Shown in pieces: positions 47,583 through 55,354 of a stretch of DNA of 64,000 nucleotides. The notes under the pieces were generated by a model that saw only the letters and a list, made by a program, of their open reading frames with translations, made no database searches and was not told the DNA's origin. Both the position numbers and the translations under genes were made by a program. The stretch comes from a virus (Duplodnaviria; Heunggongvirae; Uroviricota; Caudoviricetes): positions 36,145 through 100,144 of the IMG/VR virus record IMGVR_UViG_3300019935_000001, one strand, 5' to 3'. How positions within the stretch are numbered: the stretch's first letter is position 1; every line of letters starts with the position of its first letter.

Positions 47583-47736
47583 ATAGAGCACCATAGAGCC
47601 CCTATAGACACATACCATAGAGAAACACACGCCTATAGAGGCAACTATACCCATAGGGACACATACACACGCTCGCACAGGACATACGAACATAGAGGCT
47701 CACGCTCGTATAGAGGAGACATAGACCGGTATGGAG
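47583..47736 (+). repeat. array of ten same-strand ATAGAG-type hexamers in a CA-rich non-coding stretch
   Basis: Copies start at 47583, 47593, 47604, 47617, 47635, 47653, 47692, 47710, 47721 and 47731 (ATAGAG x6, ATAGAC x2, ATAGGG, ATGGAG). Confidence 0.7.
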
Positions 47737-48285
47737 ACACGCAGGGTACATGTAAGAAAAAGCGTTGGAGCCGGATCGCCAGCTTGCCTCTGTCAACCTT
47801 CAAAATATTTTGCTTATGGATAAGCCAGAGGTTCTTGAGTGGTTGACCATGGCCTGCATGCTGACAGGGTGTCCTGTTTACAGAAGGTTCCCCAGCAGAG
47901 CCAGTGTTTGAATCAAGGCTCATGGCTGCCATGTCGGTATCTGTGAGGTTATCCATGGCCAGACCAATCACCGGCGGCTTCCCTACAGGATATGACCCAT
48001 AGAGAGGATCAGGTGACCTGTGTATGGCTGGCAGCCCCTTATCGGTTATGTCCATAGTATTTTGCTCATATAAGTCAGAGCGCTGGGTAGGTTTACCAGA
48101 GGCTTGCCCATGGTTGACCTGCTCCAATTGAGCCTATGGGTCACATCCGGATCAGCTTCAGGACGCCATGATTTCGACTGGGGTAGCTGAGCAAAGCCTG
48201 ACGATGCCATGAGCCATCGCTTAGTAGACCAGCAACTCATCTGTACTATTACTGCATTAGTTAAGCACGGACAAGGACCGTAAGT

Positions 48286-48576
48286 ATGAAACAAGAAGCG
48301 ATGATTGAACTGATGACTGTGGCTGTGGCGCAAGAGCTGATGGAAGCTGCAGAGGGATTACTGGTGGAGTATGCAGAGGGTAAGGACGTTCTGCACTCTA
48401 GCCCGCGCAGTAAGATCCGTCGCCTATCGCGTGCATCCATGTTTGTAGATGCACTGCCGGGTATGGATGGGGCTGCAGTCGGACACATGATCAATGAGCT
48501 GGACGATCTGGGAGTGATCGACCGCATGGAGGGCTGTTCAAAGGAACGTGTCGCTGAAGGACTCGTGCTTAGCTAA
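48286..48576 (+). CDS. hypothetical protein
   Basis: 96-aa ORF followed by a terminator. Confidence 0.5.
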   Translation: MKQEAMIELMTVAVAQELMEAAEGLLVEYAEGKDVLHSSPRSKIRRLSRASMFVDALPGMDGAAVGHMINELDDLGVIDRMEGCSKERVAEGLVLS

Positions 48577-48606
48577 ACCAAATTCTCAGTGTGTGTGAAT
48601 ACTTTT

Positions 48607-48630
48607 GCCCGGCCATGTGTCGGGCTTTTT
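48607..48630 (+). terminator. intrinsic terminator
   Basis: GCCCG-9 nt-CGGGC followed by TTTTT. Confidence 0.55.
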
Positions 48631-48634
48631 AGTT

Positions 48635-48859
48635 TCACTGCATCATTGTTCTTATAGGCTCCTGCTGCTTTCGTGAACCTCGCGAGCCTGCATCAACGCT
48701 GACTTCTGCACTGGAGACGTCATCCTCTGGTGTATGAACTACACCTAATACTCGAAATACTTCCTTGCCTAATGCAACCCCCTCTTGTGGCAGAGGGACA
48801 CGGGTCAACTCAACTAGCTGGCCGGAGTTATCTGGGAATGCGAGACGTATCTTTACCAT
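48635..48859 (-). CDS. hypothetical protein
   Basis: 74 aa from the internal ATG (MVKIRLAFPD...). The longer track ORF overlaps the divergent gene. Weak RBS. Confidence 0.3.
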   Translation of the reverse strand: MVKIRLAFPDNSGQLVELTRVPLPQEGVALGKEVFRVLGVVHTPEDDVSSAEVSVDAGSRGSRKQQEPIRTMMQ

Positions 48860-48925
48860 CAGTGTAATGCCTGTTTCAGAGTGACATAATGCGAACAGTG
48901 TAACGTGACATGAGAGGAGTAGTAC

Positions 48926-49213
48926 ATGAGTCACAGCAATCATCCGCTGTACCCAAAGATGAAGGGCCTTGTTTATCACCGTCTTGAAGCCATTACGGCC
49001 AAGACAACACCTGACTGTATAGCAGCGGGGCACAAGGACATCTGGGACTGGGTAATGAAGGACACCGACAGCATCGCCTTCGCCATGCTGATTCGGGAGA
49101 TCCCTGGCATTCTGTCTGAGAAGCAGAGCCAGATCCTCCTGGACGGGCTGGCAGAGGAATACGCCGGGGTAGAGAACTGGGTGGCGTTCGTTGACCAGGA
49201 GTGTCAGGACTAA
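48926..49213 (+). CDS. hypothetical protein
   Basis: 95 aa with a GAGAGGAG RBS. Confidence 0.55.
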   Translation: MSHSNHPLYPKMKGLVYHRLEAITAKTTPDCIAAGHKDIWDWVMKDTDSIAFAMLIREIPGILSEKQSQILLDGLAEEYAGVENWVAFVDQECQD

Positions 49214-49502
49214 CCAGGGAGCCGCAGGGATGCGGTTTTGCCTTCAAATCGGGTAGGTTTACCTTGGCAACACCTCCCAAGACCCTCGCTTCACTGCAGG
49301 CAAAGACAGTCTTCCTAAACGTGGCTACGTGCACGTATGAGGTCGTCACAGGATTACCTGCATCATTTGCTGTCTGACAGATCAAGTCCCGTCATATGGC
49401 CCCCTATGTGGCTTCTGAGAGGTCTTCCAGCCGCCAGATCTGATTCGCTATAGCAGTGTTGATAAAATGTAAGCTCAAACTTACAAACACATAGAAACTG
49501 CT

Positions 49503-49745
49503 ATGAACATGACCAGCATCGACCCTCGCTCTGAGGTGGCAAGATCAACCACGAATCTGGTGGCCCGGATTGACCTGTTGGATCAGGTCAGCTTCGATAC
49601 CGACGATTTCGAGACATCCAAGCTCCTGTCAGAGGGCGATAGTCCTGACCACCTGCTGTACGACCATTTCCCCTATCTGTATCGAAGCCAGGGCCATTTG
49701 GAAGATCCGGAGCGTATAGGGCGCTTGGTGAGTGTGGTCACTTGA
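49503..49745 (+). CDS. hypothetical protein
   Basis: 80 aa. GTAAGCTCAAACTTAC palindrome variant plus an AAACACATAGAAAC leader. Confidence 0.5.
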   Translation: MNMTSIDPRSEVARSTTNLVARIDLLDQVSFDTDDFETSKLLSEGDSPDHLLYDHFPYLYRSQGHLEDPERIGRLVSVVT

Positions 49746-50328
49746 TGGAGCAGGGTGCAGGGATGCACCTGGTAAGGCCAGACAGGGTAGGTGAACCAGA
49801 GGAGTGAGGCAGGTCAACCTTCGGCAATTAGGGCAGCCACAGGTTCGCCAGGATTTGCCATGGCAACATTTTTTTTATAAGGCTCGCCAAACCAGGAATG
49901 GTTCGAGGTCTAAAACGGGAAAGGTGCGAAACAGAGGTGCACCTGCGGGCGTCCCGTGATCGGGCGCGGGCGTGCGGGGGCATCGCGTGTCTGCATCGGG
50001 GCGTGTGATCCGTACCCGTCTGCGATCAGGCGTGCGGCGCGTTTGTGTGTGGGGTCGGTGTCTGCTGTATCGTTTCGTGTTCTCCGTGTTGCCGTTGACT
50101 TAGGAGCTATTCTACAGCATTCGGTTTTCAGCGCAACACTTTTTTAATAAAAATTTGTTGCGCCGCTTTTTAGCAACAGGGGCTTGGCCCCCTTGCCCTT
50201 TAGAGAACGTTCCAGTCAAATGCGAACGTTTCGTAATTATGTACCTCTTCGCTGATGCGGTGCCAGTAAACGAAGTGATCCCAGAGCGTCGCTACCTGCG
50301 CCTCTCGCATCCCGGTTGCTTCCGCAAT

Positions 50329-50490
50329 CTACTCTGTCGTTTCCAGCGGCCCCCAGATCAGTGCCCGGTGCGCTGCTTTAATTCGCTCCTCTTTGATCCC
50401 GGTGCGCTCCGCGATCATAACCGCGTAACGATCAACAACTGTATCTGAAGCGTAAAGGAAGTGGCGAACGCCTTTTTTCAGAGTGGTCAT
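50329..50490 (-). CDS. 53-aa protein, possible small DNA-binding regulator
   Basis: Below the track cutoff. MTTLKKGVRHFLYASDTVVDRYAVMIAERTGIKEERIKAAHRALIWGPLETTE. Perfect leader CACAACACACATATAGAGACAGAAT before the ATG. Divergent from the 50731 gene. Confidence 0.45.
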   Translation of the reverse strand: MTTLKKGVRHFLYASDTVVDRYAVMIAERTGIKEERIKAAHRALIWGPLETTE

Positions 50491-50730
50491 ATTCTGTCTC
50501 TATATGTGTGTTGTGTCCGGGCACCGTGCCCCGACTGCATGTGCATATTAATAAGCTCTGACTTACTTTGCAACTCTTTTTAGATAAATAAAAAACAAAA
50601 AAATATTAAAAAAGTGTTGCGTTAAAAAATGGATTCGGTACTATACATCACATCGGCGACACGGGGAGCACATAGCCCGGCCCGATGTCAAACGTGACCA
50701 AAAAACTGAATCAGACAGAGAGTAGAAATT

Positions 50731-51354
50731 ATGACTACTAAAGCAGCAGCTCCAAAACAGACTATCGCTCAGAAACTGGAAGCACTGAATACGGCACTGG
50801 AACGCGAAATGCAGTTGCAGAAAGCACGACAGGAAACAGCAGCAGAGAAGCTGGAAAGCGTTCAAGACCCGGAAAGCGTGAAGGAACAAAGCTCAATTAT
50901 CAGCAACGCTAATCAGCGCATTAAGCGAGTGAGCAAAGTTCAAAAAGGCAGCGATGAATTTAAAAAGACTCTGCTGAAGCACTTCCAGAATATTACAGAC
51001 CTGGTTGCACCCTCTGACATCTACGCATGGGATACCGCTTTGCTGTACATCAAAGCCGCCGAAAACAAAGCAGACATTAAAGATTGCCTGTGTGACTTTT
51101 TTGTTCCATTCAAGCGTAGCCTGACTATCACCGGATCAGAGATTAAAGACCATCTGGCACGCCCTAGCAGCAGCGTTAAGGGATCTGCAAGCCGATGGAC
51201 CAGTGCACCGGCTTGGGCACTGGAAAAGCTCGGAGCGGCTACCATAGAGCGTAACACGCGAGGCACTGTAGCGGCGGTGACTCTGAACCCACGTAGCAAG
51301 CTGATTAAAGCGCTTGTGGAGGGCGCATACATCGGCAATCTGGCCGAAGCGTAA
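50731..51354 (+). CDS. hypothetical protein
   Basis: 207 aa. CAGACAGAGAGTAGAAATT upstream of the ATG. Confidence 0.55.
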   Translation: MTTKAAAPKQTIAQKLEALNTALEREMQLQKARQETAAEKLESVQDPESVKEQSSIISNANQRIKRVSKVQKGSDEFKKTLLKHFQNITDLVAPSDIYAWDTALLYIKAAENKADIKDCLCDFFVPFKRSLTITGSEIKDHLARPSSSVKGSASRWTSAPAWALEKLGAATIERNTRGTVAAVTLNPRSKLIKALVEGAYIGNLAEA

Positions 51355-51477
51355 CACCGGACAAACAGCGCTCTTTCGGGGGCGCTTCTCTGATTACAGT
51401 TCAAGCCCCGGATCATCTGTCAATAGTTTAGATTTTGAACAATATTTGTGACCCTGATGGCGCCATTATGCCAGGGG

Positions 51478-51650
51478 TTTGGGGGACACCCTTATACTAA
51501 GGATTCGACCTGTGGGGACAGTGAAACGTTGGGAGCCTGCACCAGGTAAGGCTTTGGGGATCTGGGACAGTTGGGTCGTTGGGAGGTTTGGATTGTGAGA
51601 GGTTGGGGGACGCTGGAAGAAGGAAATCCAACAGGAACATTGGAAATCCC
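51478..51650 (+). repeat. G-rich short-repeat cluster (TTGGGRR / TGGGGACA / GGAAATCC)
   Basis: TGGGGACA-like at about 51480, 51513, 51562 and 51604. (C)GTTGGGAG at 51528 and 51578 (and 51740). GGAAATCC at 51622 and 51642. Lies between convergent genes. Confidence 0.6.
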
Positions 51651-51670
51651 CCTTCCTTATATATGCCGTC

Positions 51671-51850
51671 TTACACTTTGCCCCGTGGGAGCAGCCCCTG
51701 GAGCCCAAGCGGGACTCGGCTTCGCCTCGCCGCTGGCATATTGGGAGCCTGAAGGTCTTCGCTGGAATCGACCACTCGATCTTTGAACAGTGAGGCCGCG
51801 ATCTGCTGAATCTGAGCCGTGCTCAGGCTGTCAATCGCCAGCTTTGGCAT
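51671..51850 (-). CDS. hypothetical protein
   Basis: 59 aa from the ATG at 51850 (MPKLAIDSLS...). 20-nt overlap with the upstream gene. Confidence 0.35.
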   Translation of the reverse strand: MPKLAIDSLSTAQIQQIAASLFKDRVVDSSEDLQAPNMPAARRSRVPLGLQGLLPRGKV

Positions 51851-52076
51851 TGTTCTTTCTTCCCTGGACAATCAGGCCACCGAGCCCCAGTACCGCTGTT
51901 GCTCCCCACAGCAACTTGATGTGAAACCACGCATCCTTGACCTCGCCGAGTGTGAAGGGCTGGGGTGTGCCGTATAGCTCTGCACTGATGAACTCTTTGA
52001 CTGTGGGGTATTCCGCCATCATGAAGCCCGCGACTGTGGCCGTGAGGGATGCACCGACGTACAACAAAACGTGCAT
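51831..52076 (-). CDS. small membrane protein
   Basis: 81 aa, two hydrophobic helices. GGAGAC RBS and a palindrome copy 23 nt upstream. Confidence 0.55.
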   Translation of the reverse strand: MHVLLYVGASLTATVAGFMMAEYPTVKEFISAELYGTPQPFTLGEVKDAWFHIKLLWGATAVLGLGGLIVQGRKNNAKAGD

Positions 52077-52098
52077 GTTTTACCGTCTCCTGTTGAAT

Positions 52099-52118
52099 AT
52101 AAGTCAGAACTGACTTAT
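52099..52118. promoter_or_regulatory. dispersed palindrome ATAAGT-N8-ACTTAT
   Basis: ATAAGTCAGAACTGACTTAT. Confidence 0.5.
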
Positions 52119-52235
52119 AGTAGGCTTGTTCCGTTCGGAACGTTCAAAACTGTACTACTCTGTCTGTAGCCACCTGAATAAGGTGGCCCATTTTTTCTGC
52201 TTTTGTGCCGTCTCAGTTGCCTGAGAAAGGCGTGA

Positions 52236-52829
52236 TCAGGGCGACTCGCCTTTCTCACCAATCAAAGGGTGCACATGTCGATAGTATGATGACCTGCTGA
52301 TCTCAAATTCACTGCACACATTGGCAATGGACTCGTCCGGGTTAGCAGAAACATACGCCGCAATTGCGCGACGTCGCTCCTTTGATAGAACTTTGGGGCG
52401 CCCACCCACGCGTCCCCTTGCTCTCGCAGATTCCAGACCAGCTTTGGTTCTTTCCTTCAATCGACTCACTTCAAGCTCTGCGAGCGCAGCGAACATATGG
52501 AAGATGAACTGGCCTGTTGGTGTGGTGGTATCGAACTTTTCCGTGGTCGATACAAAGTGAAGCTCTCTTCGTTTAAGCTCCATGGTTGTAGACACAAGAT
52601 CAATGAGCGAACGCCCCAACCGATCCAGTTTCCAAACGACGATGGCGTCCCCGGGTCTTGCAAACTCCAGCATTTCATCAAAGACCTGTCGTGACCAGGT
52701 AGAGCTGGTGCCCGTCACCTTCTCTACGAATACTTTCTCAACGCCTTCTCGCTCGAAGGCATCCAGCTGCAAAAGCAACTTCTGGTCGTCAGAAGATACC
52801 CTTCCGTACCCGAGCTTCACACGCCGCAC
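52236..52829 (-). CDS. small serine recombinase (Hin/resolvase family)
   Basis: 197 aa. GYGRVSSDDQ (catalytic Ser), VVWKLDRLGRS, GRVGGRPK, C-terminal HTH. Confidence 0.9.
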   Translation of the reverse strand: MRRVKLGYGRVSSDDQKLLLQLDAFEREGVEKVFVEKVTGTSSTWSRQVFDEMLEFARPGDAIVVWKLDRLGRSLIDLVSTTMELKRRELHFVSTTEKFDTTTPTGQFIFHMFAALAELEVSRLKERTKAGLESARARGRVGGRPKVLSKERRRAIAAYVSANPDESIANVCSEFEISRSSYYRHVHPLIGEKGESP

Positions 52830-53362
52830 CTTTTGAAGATCATCATTTGGGCCAGTTCTTCATTGGTGTATCGGCTCAGTAGCAGGTCCGTTGCGGCCGT
52901 TGTTGTTTGGGCAGTGCCTGTCTCTATCATTTTGAGGCTCAAATCGTGAAATAAAATGGTTGTCTCGGGATGCCAGGTAAAGGATCGCAGAGCTTTGGTG
53001 ATGCCGCTCCTCATCTCGATCAATGCAAAAGACATTACCAGGCGTTCACCCGGTTCTGGCTCTTCGATGCTTCTATCGCTGTCTGGTATCCGCTTCGGGT
53101 CGAATGGGCAACAGAACCATACCGAGCGTCCCTTTCTGTCCCGAAACTGAAACATGATGATCATAGCGCCGCCCCGAATCAACAGTCCGATGTCTACCGG
53201 GCTTTCGCGAAATGTACGAATCTCTGCTGGTGTCAGATCAGGAAGTCCTGCAACAAACAGGTTGTTTCCGTGATCCAGGAGGTGCAGCTGGGAGAACTCT
53301 GGCAATGGCGGGATGATGCCGGGCCACTTCTTACCCAGCTCTATCTTGGTGTAGTCGTCCAT
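52817..53362 (-). CDS. hypothetical protein co-transcribed with the recombinase
   Basis: 181 aa. Leader ACAGACAGAGACAGAGAAAACACC before the ATG. 13-nt overlap with the recombinase start. Confidence 0.55.
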   Translation of the reverse strand: MDDYTKIELGKKWPGIIPPLPEFSQLHLLDHGNNLFVAGLPDLTPAEIRTFRESPVDIGLLIRGGAMIIMFQFRDRKGRSVWFCCPFDPKRIPDSDRSIEEPEPGERLVMSFALIEMRSGITKALRSFTWHPETTILFHDLSLKMIETGTAQTTTAATDLLLSRYTNEELAQMMIFKRCGV

Positions 53363-53423
53363 GGTGTTTTCTCTGTCTCTGTCTGTACTACAGCCTGATT
53401 AGTCTCAGGCTTGACTGTGCACT

Positions 53424-53556
53424 GTCTCAAAAACGGTAACAGCACCACTCAATTGAAACATAGTTTTTGAGACGGGAAAAGAAACAGGTTTCAGCTACCT
53501 ATCCATGTATTTCGACTGCCTACTTAATTTGTTTCAAAAACGATCGTTTTTGAGAC
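53424..53556. promoter_or_regulatory. hix/res-like site cluster in a divergent promoter region
   Basis: 26-bp GTTTCAAAAACG-AT-CGTTTTTGAGAC (53531-53556). Half-sites GTCTCAAAAACG (53424-53435) and GTTTTTGAGAC (53463-53473). Confidence 0.5.
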
Positions 53557-53592
53557 ACGCTTGGCGGCAAATTCATACAGGGAGCGGAAGGG

Positions 53593-55095
53593 ATGTTGTA
53601 CCGGATTATTGTCGCCAAGGGTGCTAACTATGGCCGGGTGCTGGGAGCCCACGTTTCAGATTCCGCTGCAGGTCGTGCCCTGGGCAAAAACAAGCAGGAG
53701 TTTGGAACAGGCTCGGTACTACTAATCGAAACAGACGAGCGACTGGTGCAGGGTGTGTGTTACCCGGATGTTGCCGATCAGGGTATTGCCGATCATCACC
53801 ATAAGTCAGGTATGCGCCTGATGGAACTGGTCATTAAAAACCGGGCCACCGGTGAAGTGCCGGATTGGGTGATTGCCAGCATCATAGATGAAGGCTGGAC
53901 GATGGATTCGCTGAGCCAAGAGTTTGGGCCGCTGGTTCACCAGAAAATGGAGCAGGAGCGCCGCGAGCACCAGAAGCGGGCAGAGCGCTCTGCAATGATT
54001 CACGCAGGTCGCCTCTGGATGAAGAAAGAGATCGATGACCACGTTATCGAGCTGCCAGCCATTACAGGAACCCAAGCTCGCCGCCAATTCTTCACCGTTC
54101 AGATGACTCTGCAGCAGGTTGACCGGCTTTTGACTGCAGATCACAACGATCTGGCCCCTGAAGATCGCAGCCAGCGCAAACTGAACCCGGCACGGGGCAA
54201 AAAGCTGGGCGGGTACATTGTTGGGAACCACGACAGCTACGTTCTGCCGGCCATCACCGTCTGTATCGATCCGGATATGACCTTTGACCCGATTGAAGGG
54301 TTCGGCGGGGCAGTTGGCACCCTGAAAATACCGGTAACGTCTCTGGTCTATATCATTGACGGCCAGCACCGGCGTGAAGGTATCCGGTGGGCCTTGTCCG
54401 CTCAGTCGCTCCGCTGGCAGATGCAGAAGGAGACGATTGCGGTCACCATTTACTACGATGAAGGGCCTGAACGGCGTCAGCAGATGTTCTGTGACATCAA
54501 CTATCCAGCTGTCCGGGTGTCATCCTCTTTGAACATGCTCTACGACCGCCGAAACTCACTGAACCACTGGATTCTCGATATTTTGGCTAAAAATCAGTCA
54601 ATTTGGGGTCGAATTGAGCTGGATAGCGCGAGCGTAGGTGCCCAAAGTTCCAAATTGTGGGCCGTAGTCGCCATGAAGAAGGCTCTCCTCACGGTTTTGG
54701 GGTTGTCAGAAGTGCAATTTTTCACCAAAACCGATGAAAATCGGGCCGAAATGGAAAAGGTGGTCGATAGGTTCTTCGACACTCTGGCAGAATATCTGCC
54801 GCGCTGGGGCATGGTGATAGACCCGGATTGCTCCGCTCCGGACATCAGGAGCGACTATATTGTTGGCCACGCTGTTTTCCTGCAGGCGCTAGCTATCGTT
54901 GCCCGCAAAGCCCAGGAAGAAGAGGGCGGCTGGCAGAAGCTGTCCGGGCTGGCCAAGCTCGACGTAGCGCGAGATTCAGAAGTGTGGGAAGGTAAATGTG
55001 TCGTCAATGGAAGGATGAACCGGTCGGCAGCCGGGGCCAACGCCACTGCGGCAGAAATTTGTAGCCAGATTGGCATAGAAATGGACTGGAGTTGA
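53593..55095 (+). CDS. DGQHR-domain (DndB-like, ParB/Srx fold) protein with about 165-aa unknown N-terminal domain
   Basis: 500 aa. YIIDGQHRREGIRWAL and QQMFCDINYPAV (the DndB-family QxFxDxN motif). Confidence 0.75.
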   Translation: MLYRIIVAKGANYGRVLGAHVSDSAAGRALGKNKQEFGTGSVLLIETDERLVQGVCYPDVADQGIADHHHKSGMRLMELVIKNRATGEVPDWVIASIIDEGWTMDSLSQEFGPLVHQKMEQERREHQKRAERSAMIHAGRLWMKKEIDDHVIELPAITGTQARRQFFTVQMTLQQVDRLLTADHNDLAPEDRSQRKLNPARGKKLGGYIVGNHDSYVLPAITVCIDPDMTFDPIEGFGGAVGTLKIPVTSLVYIIDGQHRREGIRWALSAQSLRWQMQKETIAVTIYYDEGPERRQQMFCDINYPAVRVSSSLNMLYDRRNSLNHWILDILAKNQSIWGRIELDSASVGAQSSKLWAVVAMKKALLTVLGLSEVQFFTKTDENRAEMEKVVDRFFDTLAEYLPRWGMVIDPDCSAPDIRSDYIVGHAVFLQALAIVARKAQEEEGGWQKLSGLAKLDVARDSEVWEGKCVVNGRMNRSAAGANATAAEICSQIGIEMDWS

Positions 55096-55098
55096 GAT

Positions 55099-55344
55099 AT
55101 GGACACAATAGGCCGAATGGTGTCGCAGTGGGCGACTGAAGATAAGGAACAGATCAATGCGCTGGTTGAGCAGCATGGGGATCTGGTAGTGGAAGTCACC
55201 GGTGCCGACGATGGTTGTGTTTATGCCACCGCGGGCACCTATCGTCTGTCTCTGAACCCGGAGGCTGTCAACGAAGAGGTAGACAACAAGTCTATTAGCG
55301 ACATTCGCCACCTGATCCTGAAAGTGTACCCAACGGTCGATTAG
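55099..55344 (+). CDS. small acidic hypothetical protein
   Basis: 81 aa. Starts 4 nt after the DGQHR gene stop. The ATPase ATG follows 11 nt after its stop. Confidence 0.5.
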   Translation: MDTIGRMVSQWATEDKEQINALVEQHGDLVVEVTGADDGCVYATAGTYRLSLNPEAVNEEVDNKSISDIRHLILKVYPTVD

Positions 55345-55354
55345 ATTGGTAACA

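Noticed and set aside
47645-48333. Minus-strand ORFs 47645..48127 (160 aa, TTG start) and 48046..48333.
   Set aside because: They have a non-ATG start, no RBS, and run through the repeat array, giving implausible composition. The region was treated as non-coding.
49956-50147. 63-aa plus-strand ORF in the GT-rich block.
   Set aside because: Its Arg/Gly/Cys/Val-rich composition is dictated by the GT-rich repeats. It has no RBS.
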